This document shows, in pieces, positions 21,697 to 30,965 of a DNA stretch of 64,000 nt (its first letter is position 1; every line of letters starts with the position of its first letter). The translations under genes were made by a program, and so were the position numbers. This DNA is from Leptospiraceae bacterium (GTDB lineage: Bacteria > Spirochaetota > Leptospiria > Leptospirales > Leptonemataceae): contig JAVJNR010000009.1 in NCBI GenBank assembly GCA_040217195.1, positions 170,431 to 234,430 on the forward strand, in the 5' to 3' direction. The notes under the pieces are model-generated. The model searched no databases, had not been told where the DNA came from, and saw only the letters and a program-made list of their open reading frames with translations.

Positions 21697-22728
21697 TTAG
21701 CCAGAGACAGCACTGGATGCAGTTGGAGCCACATCCCTGTCCCTGGTCTGGTTTTCTTGAGGTTGCTTGCTGGCTCTGTAAAATAAGCAGGCAAGACTGC
21801 CCTCACCCTGACCGGTATGTCGATCATCCACCTGGAAGCCTGCATCGGCTAAATCCTGCTCCAGGGTGTCCTGTTCGAATCCCAGCCAGAAGTCTGCAAA
21901 ATTGCTTCGCATCACTTCTTCATTATGATGATCCAGGTCCGCCAGAATCAATAGCCCTCCTGGCTTGAGAATCCTGGAGGCCTCCTTTAAAGCTCCCGAT
22001 GGCTCGGGCACATGATGCAAAACCATAGAAAGAACGGCCACATCCACTTCTTCATTTGCAAGAGGCAGATGCTCCATGGAACCCAGACGAAAATCCAGAT
22101 CCCCTTCTTTTACGTCGCTCAGGGATTTGCGAGCCTCATCGAGCATCGCCTGGCTTTGATCCACCAGTATGATACTTCGACCTGGCCCGGCCATAGTCAG
22201 AGACAACTCACCGGTACCGCATCCCAGATCCACAATGGAAATCGGGCCATCCGGAAGCATGGATACAACTTCGCTTCTATAGAAAGGGGCATCCACGTAA
22301 TCTCTCTGCATTTCATCCTGCAAAGCTCCGTACCGAAAGAAATGATCCAGGGTCTGGCTTTTACGGGCATCCAGTACATTGGCCAGGCGGTCGAAATCTC
22401 GCAGAGATTCCTCCGGCAACCACATTCCCGGCCGCGTGGCGGCCCCTTCTTTCAGCTCGAAGTAGCCAAGCATCATTTCTAAAGAAGAAAGCAGGTCCGA
22501 TTGACGAATCTCCGGACTAATACCATAATAAATGCGGGATCCCTCTCTTCGCCCGGCCAGCAATCCAGCATCGGCCAGGATCTTAAGATGTCTGGACACC
22601 CGGCTCTGCCCCATCTGGAGCACATCCAGGATTTCATTTACATGAAGAGGTCCTTTCAGCAGCAGCCGAACGATTCGAAGTCTGGACTCATCGGCCAGAG
22701 CTTTCAGGATTTGCACGCCCTCGGACAT
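21697..22728 (-). CDS. sahR: ArsR-HTH plus SAM-methyltransferase-fold regulator (SahR type)
   Basis: ArsR motif KALADESRLRI...QSRVSRHLKIL, then VDLGCGTG methyltransferase fold; first gene before ahcY-metH; palindromic operator in its promoter. Confidence 0.85.
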   Translation of the reverse strand: MSEGVQILKALADESRLRIVRLLLKGPLHVNEILDVLQMGQSRVSRHLKILADAGLLAGRREGSRIYYGISPEIRQSDLLSSLEMMLGYFELKEGAATRPGMWLPEESLRDFDRLANVLDARKSQTLDHFFRYGALQDEMQRDYVDAPFYRSEVVSMLPDGPISIVDLGCGTGELSLTMAGPGRSIILVDQSQAMLDEARKSLSDVKEGDLDFRLGSMEHLPLANEEVDVAVLSMVLHHVPEPSGALKEASRILKPGGLLILADLDHHNEEVMRSNFADFWLGFEQDTLEQDLADAGFQVDDRHTGQGEGSLACLFYRASKQPQENQTRDRDVAPTASSAVSG

Positions 22729-22737
22729 TACATGACC

Positions 22738-22765
22738 ATTATATCAAGATATCTTGATATGTCAA
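22738..22765 (-). promoter_or_regulatory. sigma70 promoter overlapped by a SahR-type operator
   Basis: TTGACA(22760-65)-N16-TATAAT(22738-43); perfect 20-bp palindrome ATATCAAGATATCTTGATAT at 22741-22760. Confidence 0.88.
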
Positions 22766-22957
22766 CAAAAAAGAAATCCGCAGCTGCACTTTAAACTAAG
22801 GGAAAAAGGAAATTCCGACAAGCAGCAAGCCGCACCACTCTGGCCAATCGATGCTAGAAGAATCAGGCAAGACCGAAACACAAAGGCTCCATCCAGACTT
22901 TCTGGAGGACGGACAGGGAGTTCAGGCCTTCAAAGAAGACCTGTCAGGATAGACTCA

Positions 22958-23581
22958 TCAATTGGATATACGAAGGATGTATTTCACGCATCGCAATGCC
23001 TGTATCAGGCTTTCATCTTCTCGGCCCTGGTCCCGAACGGAAAGCTCAATCAGATAGGCGGTTAGAGTATGGTTTACGCAGATTTTGAGTTCTTCCTGGT
23101 TATTCTCAGGATCCCATTTTTTAAACATCCTTTCAATGACACCGGTCATCTCAGGACCATAAAGCTCCGCATACTCATCCCGTAGATTGTCTGGAGCAGA
23201 ATAGATCAAATTTCCCAGCAAATGCAAGGCCCCTCGCCTATCCTTATGGAATTCCATAAACACATTGAAGACCTGGATAACATCCTCTGCCAGATCCTTT
23301 CCATTTCCGGTTCTGGAATTAATGAAATCCATCATCTCTTTATGCGATGAATTCAAAGCATTGCGAAACAGATTCTCTTTACTGTCAAAATGATGGTAAA
23401 TGCTGGGCTGCTTCAACCCGCAGAGGTTGCTGATCTGCCGAATTGATGTACCAAAGTACCCATTCTGTGAAAAAGCCTTCCGGGCAGCGTCCAGAATCCG
23501 CTCCCTTGCAGAACGATCCTCCGTTTCTGCTATTGGCCCTTCTATTTCATTTTCCATTTCTGTTCCGACTTCTGTTTTCAT
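22958..23581 (-). CDS. TetR/AcrR family transcriptional regulator
   Basis: RERILDAARKAFSQNGYFGTSIRQIS...SIYHHFDSKENLF. Confidence 0.92.
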   Translation of the reverse strand: MKTEVGTEMENEIEGPIAETEDRSARERILDAARKAFSQNGYFGTSIRQISNLCGLKQPSIYHHFDSKENLFRNALNSSHKEMMDFINSRTGNGKDLAEDVIQVFNVFMEFHKDRRGALHLLGNLIYSAPDNLRDEYAELYGPEMTGVIERMFKKWDPENNQEELKICVNHTLTAYLIELSVRDQGREDESLIQALRCVKYILRISN

Positions 23582-23769
23582 GGTTATCTCTCATCTGAAC
23601 CGTGTTACACTCAGCATGCCTGGCAAACCATTTTCGCAAAAAAGACTTATTGACTACGGGATAAATGTAGCCACTGAGATTTGATCGCAGAATGACAATC
23701 CAAAAGCGACGTTGGAAGGCAGTGAGCCTGCAGATTATCTTCAATAGACAACCAGGAATTTTCGGATTA

Positions 23770-25527
23770 CTATAGCTTTACTGCCATCAGGGTTGTATCA
23801 TCGGATGGCTCAACCCCATCCCGGAACGTTGCAACCTCTTCAATTATCCGGCGAGCCACTTCCTGGGGCTCTTCCTCGCCAATAGTGGGGACCAGAGCAA
23901 ACAACCTTTCTTCACCGTATAACTCAAAGTCTTTATTATGAGCTTCCGTAATCCCATCCGTGTAAAGAATCAACAAATCGCCAGGTTCATAATGAACAAT
24001 GGTCTCTTTATAATTCGCATTGGGAAATGCGCCCAGAGGCGGACCTCCGGCTGACAGGCTTTCAATATCACCTGTAGCTCTACGATACAGAATTTGATGA
24101 TTATGCCCGGCCGATGCTATGCGAAAACGGGAAAGATCCCGTTCCACCTGTATAAGCATGGCAGTAACAAAAAGACCCATTCGCGACCCACGAAAAATCT
24201 CTTCATTCACCTTTTCCAGGGTGCGCACTGGATGAAGAAATATTGGAATATTGGACGCAAGTAACGTCTTGGAATACTCCATAAACAGAGCAGCCGGGAC
24301 TCCTTTTCCTGAGACATCGGCCATTACCAGAGAAAGGATTCGATCTGAATGATAATGAAAATCATAGAAATCGCCACCCACATCACGACAGGCCTCGTAC
24401 CTGGCAGCCATGCGAATGCCGGCAATCTCTCCCGGGATTTCGGGCAAAGAATTCATTTGAATCTGAGCTGCAGTTTCCAGATCTTTTCTATACTGACGAA
24501 TTTCGGATTCTCTGCGACGGGCAATAATTCTCAAATAAGCACTGGCAAGTTGTGAGCCTACCGTTGATAGTACTTTCAGCTCGAACTGGTCAAAAGGCAT
24601 TCCATTTTTCTTATCAGCCGCATTTAACAGTCCGATTACTCGATCATCCTGCATTATGGGAACCGAGATAAAAGATCCGGTTTTATACCGGCTGGCATTC
24701 TCCGGAGTAAAGCCAAGGTCTTTCTGAACATCACGTACCAGCAATGGCTTGCCGGACCGCAGAACAATACCGGCCACTCCCTGGTCCGGTCCAATCCGGA
24801 TATCATCCTCTGCAACATCAAAGCCTCGAGTCCGAGTAATGCGATAGCCTCCCTCTTCGGACTGATCTTCCATCATAAGAGACAACCTTTCCAATTCAAG
24901 GACCCTTTCGATGGCACCCAGAATCGAGTTCAGAAGCTCATCAATGGTATCATGCTGCTGAATCGTTCGAGAAATCTCATAAATACAGTTAAGCTCTTCT
25001 ACCCGACCCTGCAGGTCCTGGTAGAGTTTTCGGTTATGTATAGCAATTCCTGCCATTCCAGAAAGGAATGTCAGAAGCCGCACATCCTTGGAGTCAAAGT
25101 CCCGGCCATCCAGAGTATTCACACTTTCCAGAACTCCGATCAATCGGTCCCGGGCAAGCATTGGAACTGCAATTAGATTTCGGGTTACAAAGCCGGTAGC
25201 TTCATCCACTGATTTTAAAACCCTGGCATCGTTCTGGGCATCTTCTACAATAATGGGTCTGCGATTTTCAGCGCATTGACCGGCAATGCCCAGGCCTTTG
25301 GGGATACGCCGGGCCGCCAGTAGCTGGCTTCGATCACCCCGGGCAATATCAAAAATCAAATCCCCGGAATCTTCATCGTAGAGAAGCAGGGATGCGCCTT
25401 CGGTATGAAGCAACTCCCTGGCAGCATCCATAATCACAGTCAATAGACTGTGCAGATCCTGCTCGGAATTGATTCTGGTTGTAATATCGCTGATTTTAGC
25501 CAGCGTTAGCACATTGTCCCTGCTCAT
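23770..25527 (-). CDS. GAF-GAF-SpoIIE (PP2C-type) phosphatase
   Basis: Two GAF domains; VGGDFYD, ADVSGKGVPAAL, SAGHN, LYTDGITEA, DDTT. Confidence 0.93.
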   Translation of the reverse strand: MSRDNVLTLAKISDITTRINSEQDLHSLLTVIMDAARELLHTEGASLLLYDEDSGDLIFDIARGDRSQLLAARRIPKGLGIAGQCAENRRPIIVEDAQNDARVLKSVDEATGFVTRNLIAVPMLARDRLIGVLESVNTLDGRDFDSKDVRLLTFLSGMAGIAIHNRKLYQDLQGRVEELNCIYEISRTIQQHDTIDELLNSILGAIERVLELERLSLMMEDQSEEGGYRITRTRGFDVAEDDIRIGPDQGVAGIVLRSGKPLLVRDVQKDLGFTPENASRYKTGSFISVPIMQDDRVIGLLNAADKKNGMPFDQFELKVLSTVGSQLASAYLRIIARRRESEIRQYRKDLETAAQIQMNSLPEIPGEIAGIRMAARYEACRDVGGDFYDFHYHSDRILSLVMADVSGKGVPAALFMEYSKTLLASNIPIFLHPVRTLEKVNEEIFRGSRMGLFVTAMLIQVERDLSRFRIASAGHNHQILYRRATGDIESLSAGGPPLGAFPNANYKETIVHYEPGDLLILYTDGITEAHNKDFELYGEERLFALVPTIGEEEPQEVARRIIEEVATFRDGVEPSDDTTLMAVKL

Positions 25528-25546
25528 ATCCCCCGCTTGGCCAGGC

Positions 25547-26422
25547 TTAATTAATGGCCTTCAAAATTGTTGAAGTTGCCTGGCTCTGATTCAATGTATA
25601 AAAGTGAATACCAGGCGCCCCACCCTTCAGCAGATCTCTACACTGCCGAATGGAAAAGCCCAGGCTCACTTCTAGAAGCCTGCCCCGATCCTCACCACAT
25701 GCTTTAATATCTTCGATCAACTCATTGGGTATCTCACATCCAGCCATTTCAGTAAACTTCTGAATCTGGTTGAATGAAGTAATGGGCATGATCCCGGGAA
25801 TGATGGGCACGGTAATTCCGACTTCCCGGCACTGTTTCACATAGCGAAAATAGTGATCATTCCTGAAAAAAAGCTGTGTCACTATAAATTCGGCACCGGA
25901 GTCCACTTTCTTCTTTAGATTTTGCAAATCCTGATCGGCGGAGGGAGCTTCCTGATGGGTCTCAGGATATCCTCCTCCACCAAGACTGAAGTCCATTCCA
26001 GTGGATTTGATAAATTTAATGAGCTCGCTACCATAGGCAAATCCATCTTCCGGCGGAGTAAAGTTCTTCTCACCTTTTGGAGGATCCCCTCGCAGAGCCA
26101 TAATGTTTCGAATACCATCCGAATACAGATCTTTGAGATTGGACAGAATCTCATCTCGACCATGTCCAACGCAGGTATAATGGGCCATGGCCGTAATATC
26201 ATGTTTATCCTGGATATCCTTTACCCACTGACGGGTTTTTTCCCGGGTGGAGCCACCTGCTCCATAGGTAACGGAAACAAAATCCGGATCAAGAGACTTC
26301 AGTCGCTGGATTGTATTCATCAGCGTCTGCTCACCCTCCGGCTTCTTGGGAGGGAAGAATTCAAACGAGAAAACAGGTCTCTTTCCGGCTTCTTCTTTGA
26401 GAATTTCTGCAATTTTCTTCAT
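25547..26422 (-). CDS. metF: 5,10-methylenetetrahydrofolate reductase
   Basis: SFEFFPPK, VSVTYGAGGS, ALRGDPP, VTQLFF, PGIMPI, HFYTLN. Confidence 0.97.
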   Translation of the reverse strand: MKKIAEILKEEAGKRPVFSFEFFPPKKPEGEQTLMNTIQRLKSLDPDFVSVTYGAGGSTREKTRQWVKDIQDKHDITAMAHYTCVGHGRDEILSNLKDLYSDGIRNIMALRGDPPKGEKNFTPPEDGFAYGSELIKFIKSTGMDFSLGGGGYPETHQEAPSADQDLQNLKKKVDSGAEFIVTQLFFRNDHYFRYVKQCREVGITVPIIPGIMPITSFNQIQKFTEMAGCEIPNELIEDIKACGEDRGRLLEVSLGFSIRQCRDLLKGGAPGIHFYTLNQSQATSTILKAIN

Positions 26423-26488
26423 TGAACTACCGATATTGCATTCAGGCCGGGTAATTCAAGGAAAAGAAAGCCCGCAATCCAGGACACA

Positions 26489-27577
26489 ATGTCATTTCGC
26501 AGCCGCGGCACAGCCTTCCTCTCCCATCCAGTGTATAACCTGTTCTCGGTGGCACTGACTTTTACCGGTATTCTTCTATTATTAGGTACTGCCGTTGCAG
26601 ACTTGAAATTAAGCACGGCCCAGTTGCTCAAGCATGCAGATATGCTCCTTTTGAGCCTCTTCTTTCTGGAAACACTGCTACGGATTATCTTTCAAAGAGG
26701 TCATTATGCACGCAGTTCCTTTGTGCTCGATGCCTGGGCCTTGCTTCCGCTTCCAATTGTATTTGGACTAAACATAGCCGCAGATGGGCCTGCAGACTAT
26801 CCGCCAGGGTTATTATTACTGGAAGGTGGCCGGTTTTTGCGACTTGTGCCTGCTCTAAAATATTTCAGGCAGCAAAAGCAGGCTGGACTGAGGCCGGATT
26901 CATCGAGCACTCTGGACGGTCTGTCCCTGCGAACATCGCTGGTTGCATTTTTATTCCTATTTCTTGGAGGCCTGGCAACCAGTCATCTACACTCCAGGAT
27001 GATTGAAAGCGAAACCAAGGTTAGAACGGAAACAGTTAAGAAATATGCCCAGGCCGAAGGCATTCAAAGGCTGCCATTTCTGATCCCGGAATGGATTATA
27101 GGCGTAGAAAAAGCAGGCTCAGACGGTGGTTTTGAAATCTATAATGTGCCCAAAGAGAAAATCAGCGAAGGCGATGAAGTAACCTATCGGTATGAGCGAG
27201 ACTTCCTCTATTTACCCGGTCCAAATCCAGGAGAAGGCATCTATCTCAATTTGAAAGATCTACACAGAAGACAGAAACTTCTGGAACTAATGATTCTAAT
27301 TACCGGATTTGTCATGATTTCCGCTCTATTACTCACCAATAATACCTTCCTTATCCGAAAAGTCATTCGACCGGTGGACCATGCAAGACGCGTGGCCCAG
27401 CTACGAATGGCAGGTGAGGAAATTCAGGATGAGCAGAAGGTTCCGGAAAACGAAGTGGGCCAGTACATACTGGCTGCAAACGAACTCTACCAGGAACTTA
27501 GAGCACCGGCCATCAAACAAGATTCCACTGACAGCCGATCCGGCTGCCGGCTCCAGAAGCTATCGAATGGAGATTAG
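26489..27577 (+). CDS. Membrane protein with ion-transport-like N-terminal helices and a C-terminal HAMP-like segment
   Basis: Several hydrophobic segments (FFLETLLRI, VLDAWALLP, RFLRLV); late TM followed by IRPVD...ENEVGQ. Confidence 0.6.
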   Translation: MSFRSRGTAFLSHPVYNLFSVALTFTGILLLLGTAVADLKLSTAQLLKHADMLLLSLFFLETLLRIIFQRGHYARSSFVLDAWALLPLPIVFGLNIAADGPADYPPGLLLLEGGRFLRLVPALKYFRQQKQAGLRPDSSSTLDGLSLRTSLVAFLFLFLGGLATSHLHSRMIESETKVRTETVKKYAQAEGIQRLPFLIPEWIIGVEKAGSDGGFEIYNVPKEKISEGDEVTYRYERDFLYLPGPNPGEGIYLNLKDLHRRQKLLELMILITGFVMISALLLTNNTFLIRKVIRPVDHARRVAQLRMAGEEIQDEQKVPENEVGQYILAANELYQELRAPAIKQDSTDSRSGCRLQKLSNGD

Positions 27578-30091
27578 AGCCGGCACAATACCATCGCCCT
27601 TTTCATGGAACCCCAGAGATTTGGCAACAACGGATAATGCTGCATCGTTATCAGAGGCCTTCTCACAGCAACCTGGCTGGTAGGATGAAATGAGAGAATC
27701 CCCGGGAACGATCTTGCCTGCCTCGGCCGAAACCCGGACCGAAGCTATGCCAAAAAAGGCTACCAGCTCCATCCCTTCCGGTTTCTGTAAGCCGCTTCGA
27801 TTATGAACCTCCGGAAGGTAATCCACCGGCGGGTTCAATATCATCGCAGCTTTTTCCACAATAACTCCAATCACTCGACGACTGGCTTTCTGCGAACATC
27901 GAGCCAGAACCCCAGACTCATCTGTGGCAACCAGGACATCACCAATCCCCAGAACTTCATTCTGTCGAACTGGCATGAAAGCAGCCACCGGAGCCTGCAG
28001 GCTTTCTCCGCTTTTGCCGGCAAAGATGGTGCCAGAGAATCGACTGAGCCCCTTAACCCATAAACCCAGGTCAGAAACCGGAAATCCCCGGTCATCATGT
28101 CCGCCGGCTATCAAAGAATAAAAACTTTCGGAAAGGAAGCGTCCGCCAGGACCGGAACCGGCTGCACCCCGGACCCCCTCCCCTTTTCTGGACAGACCCA
28201 GAAGGCCGGACTGTTCCCCATAGCCAAGCACGCCGTCACCCTCGGAACGGCCGGTAACACCGGATCCATCGCTCTTATTGACACCCTGCACTGGAGCATG
28301 CTCAACCGGAGGAGGCGAAACACTGTCATAGGATTTACCCATGGTGGACTCGATGCGAATCGTACCCGTATGGCTGGAAAAATCATGCTCTCTGGCGGCA
28401 TAATCATGCTCATGCTCCAGGGGCTTGCGCGAATCACTGAGTCGGGGATCCGTGGACTGAACCACATGACCGGAAAGCACAGCTCCTTCCGGGGCCAGCT
28501 TTACAATTCCAGAATGATCCGATGTAGCCTGCTTGAGTCGTGCGTCCGACCCCTGCACCGCCACACCTTTCCTGGCCTCTCCATCGGATGCAAGTTCCAC
28601 AATACCTGGAGTCTCTTCAGATGCCAGACGTAGCCTGGGATCACTTCCCTGAACCGCTGTTTCAGCCTCTGCTTCCCCGGCACGGGCAAATCGCATAATC
28701 CCCCTGGTTTCCGTTGTTGCATCCCGAAGCCGCGGATCGTTTCCCTGCACAGCTTCCGATGGCCGGTTCCCTCCTCCGGGAGAAAGACGCACGATACCGG
28801 AGGCCTTTTCCGAAGCATATTTTAGCCTGGAGTCATTACCCTGAACCACAACATTGGCTCTGTCTTCGCCATCCTCGGCCAGCTCCACCAGACCAGGTCT
28901 TTCATCGGTGGCCGGTTTCAGACGATCATCATCGGCCTGAACTGCATGCAGGCCGCGTTCCTCTCCATTTCTGGCCAGTCGAACAATACCGGCCAGGTCC
29001 TCACTGGCAGGACGGAGCCTTCGGTCACTGCCCTGAACGGCAACCCCTTCACGATCCTCCCCATCAGATGCAAGCTCTACAATACCTTTGAAGTCTGTGG
29101 TAGCATCTCGCAACCTTCGATCACTACCCTGAATGACCACACCATCTCTGGCTTCTCCATCCAGCGCCAGCCGGACTATTCCGGACCTTAAAACGGAAGC
29201 ATGCGGTATGGGCTCGGCGGGCAGAGTTCGATCCTGTTTCTCTACCGGGTCGGCGGAGGCAAATAGCTCCAGTTCGATGATCTGGGAAAGGAACTTCCCT
29301 TCTCTGGTTCGGGCACTTTCAAAGATTGTTATTTGAATGTAGCGTATATTTAAAGGAAGGAAACGCCATCTGTACCATTGCCCTGGCTCCGCAAGAAAGC
29401 CACTTTCTTCCATTAAGTGGTGCCAGGAAATATTGTCCTCACTATAGGAGATGTGGAACCCCTCGGGAAAAAGAGGATCCTCCCCGTCACGAGACAGAAG
29501 GCGAATTTCGCTTACCCGGTTTACGGAGCCCAGGTCCAGACGAATAAACTCATCCTCCTGACGGCTTCTCAGGGGACTTGACCAGCCATAATCAGTTCTC
29601 TGATCGATCAGGTTATCTTTTACCCACAGCCGGTCCAGCTCTCCAGACACCTGTACATCCACAATGCCGGAAACCATCACCCGGAAACTGCCGAAGGCTG
29701 AGATGTAGCCTTCTTCAGACTTCTTGTCTCGAATAAACAGAAACTTAATATAACGAGCTGTAATAAGAGGAAAGTTCCAGGTCATTACCTCCTTTCCTTC
29801 ATGCCGAAAATCGGATTCTCTCAGAATAGGCTCCCAGACCTGACCGTCCTGAGAGATTTCGAACCTGAAATTATCAGGAAATGCATTCTTATAATCCGGA
29901 TGTTTCTCCAGCACGATTTGATTAAAGAAGATATCGTCGGTGAAGCTACCCATACAGGCCACGAGTCCGGGGATCTCGGATGCTTCGCTTACCCAGGATT
30001 TAACCCGACCCTCTTCAATCTCGCCGGTGCCTGGACCGGAGAAATCCTGGAACGGATAAATCTGCGGATGAGAAATTCGAATAGGTTTCAT
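27560..30091 (-). CDS. Discoidin-domain protein with fibre-like repeats and a C-terminal intramolecular-chaperone-like domain
   Basis: Two F5/8C-like domains (FRFEISQDGQVW/ARYIKF; WSS, IRLDLG, SYSEDNISW, IRYIQI), eight 32-aa repeats, C-terminal GDVLVAT...VIGVI...GIASVRV...GDSLISS; its start overlaps the rep stop. Confidence 0.85.
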   Translation of the reverse strand: MKPIRISHPQIYPFQDFSGPGTGEIEEGRVKSWVSEASEIPGLVACMGSFTDDIFFNQIVLEKHPDYKNAFPDNFRFEISQDGQVWEPILRESDFRHEGKEVMTWNFPLITARYIKFLFIRDKKSEEGYISAFGSFRVMVSGIVDVQVSGELDRLWVKDNLIDQRTDYGWSSPLRSRQEDEFIRLDLGSVNRVSEIRLLSRDGEDPLFPEGFHISYSEDNISWHHLMEESGFLAEPGQWYRWRFLPLNIRYIQITIFESARTREGKFLSQIIELELFASADPVEKQDRTLPAEPIPHASVLRSGIVRLALDGEARDGVVIQGSDRRLRDATTDFKGIVELASDGEDREGVAVQGSDRRLRPASEDLAGIVRLARNGEERGLHAVQADDDRLKPATDERPGLVELAEDGEDRANVVVQGNDSRLKYASEKASGIVRLSPGGGNRPSEAVQGNDPRLRDATTETRGIMRFARAGEAEAETAVQGSDPRLRLASEETPGIVELASDGEARKGVAVQGSDARLKQATSDHSGIVKLAPEGAVLSGHVVQSTDPRLSDSRKPLEHEHDYAAREHDFSSHTGTIRIESTMGKSYDSVSPPPVEHAPVQGVNKSDGSGVTGRSEGDGVLGYGEQSGLLGLSRKGEGVRGAAGSGPGGRFLSESFYSLIAGGHDDRGFPVSDLGLWVKGLSRFSGTIFAGKSGESLQAPVAAFMPVRQNEVLGIGDVLVATDESGVLARCSQKASRRVIGVIVEKAAMILNPPVDYLPEVHNRSGLQKPEGMELVAFFGIASVRVSAEAGKIVPGDSLISSYQPGCCEKASDNDAALSVVAKSLGFHEKGDGIVPALISIR
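28430..29200 (-). repeat. Eight tandem 32-aa coding repeats (A[ST]xxxxG[IL][VM]xLAxxGExxxxxxVQGxDxRL[RK]x)
   Basis: Units start ASVLRSGIVRL, ATTDFKGIVEL, ASEDLAGIVRL, ATDERPGLVEL, ASEKASGIVRL, ATTETRGIMRF, ASEETPGIVEL, ATSDHSGIVKL. Confidence 0.9.
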
Positions 30092-30885
30092 ATCAGTTGA
30101 TTCCAGTGTCTGTGGCGCTCCGTAGTAACGCCAGGTCTCTGTTCAGGTTCAAATAGAATTTGGTCGCATATCTGCAATAGAATCGTCTTCAGGTACTCGG
30201 GAACTTCATCGCTAAGGCGAATCCAACCATTCTGCTCTCCCAGAAAGCATCCCTGCAACAATCCAAGGCTGCCGTCGGACATCTTCCCCCGGAGCTCATC
30301 CAGAACCTGATTCCAGGCCATTGGCCCAGTCCCTTGTTCGCGGGACAGGATTTTTTGAACATTCTCATTGGTGGGCGGGATTCCAGCCATCAAGCATTCG
30401 TTTCTGGCCTTGTCCCACTCCCCGGGTCTAGGTACTGGCTCTGATTGATTTTGTATGGATATATGGATCTGGTTGTACGCACCCTGCTCGGCTGCGCCTC
30501 TGAGAGTGCCCGGGTCGACGGGCTGAGGGGTCCTCTCGGCTTCCCGAGGGAGTTGTCTGTTCGCACCTCTCGGGGGTGCTCCATCGCCCTGCAGAGAGTC
30601 GAAAATGAAGTGGTATGTACTGTTTGTTCGGCCAGAACCCGTTCTGACTATGATCAGTCCGGCCTCCTGAAGCTCTTCTCGGGCTCTTCTAAGACTGGAT
30701 TTCTGCTTAAAGCCAGTCAGTTCTAGTAGTCGGTTGGAGCCCGGAAAAACAGGCGAAAAATGCCGGTCCGAAAAACTTAAAAGGACCGGGTACAACGCTC
30801 TTGCGGCCGGGGATAGCCCGGCCCAGAGTCCAGATCGTATAATATCTGAAACAAACTTAAAATATTGCAGCTCATCTGCTGACAT
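30088..30885 (-). CDS. Winged-HTH protein, putative replication initiator (Rep) of a secondary replicon
   Basis: N-terminal HTH_36-like segment (LSPAARALYPVLL, VFPGSNRLLELTG, SLRRAREELQEAGLI, GRTNSTY) typical of phage/plasmid initiators; lies directly downstream of parAB; GAGGTGG RBS. Confidence 0.72.
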   Translation of the reverse strand: MSADELQYFKFVSDIIRSGLWAGLSPAARALYPVLLSFSDRHFSPVFPGSNRLLELTGFKQKSSLRRAREELQEAGLIIVRTGSGRTNSTYHFIFDSLQGDGAPPRGANRQLPREAERTPQPVDPGTLRGAAEQGAYNQIHISIQNQSEPVPRPGEWDKARNECLMAGIPPTNENVQKILSREQGTGPMAWNQVLDELRGKMSDGSLGLLQGCFLGEQNGWIRLSDEVPEYLKTILLQICDQILFEPEQRPGVTTERHRHWNQLI

Positions 30886-30918
30886 CTCGCCACCTCATCT
30901 GCTTGATGAGAGGCTCCC

Positions 30919-30965
30919 AAAAAAAGGTTGACATGCTCTATAATCAGGTCATTATGTCGCCAACC
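30919..30965 (-). terminator. Attenuator-like hairpin plus U7 in the rep leader
   Basis: Minus strand GGTTGGCGACATAAT-GACCTG-ATTATAGAGCATGTCAACC-TTTTTTT, about 22 nt upstream of the rep RBS; the stem is imperfect. Confidence 0.45.
30928..30955 (+). promoter_or_regulatory. Putative sigma70 promoter for an antisense RNA
   Basis: TTGACA(30928-33)-N16-CATTAT(30950-55), pointing against parB/rep. Confidence 0.55.

Noticed and set aside
30928..30944. Perfect TTGACA and TATAAT hexamers close together
   Set aside because: They are only 5 bp apart, so they cannot form one promoter. TTGACA pairs better with CATTAT at 16 bp.
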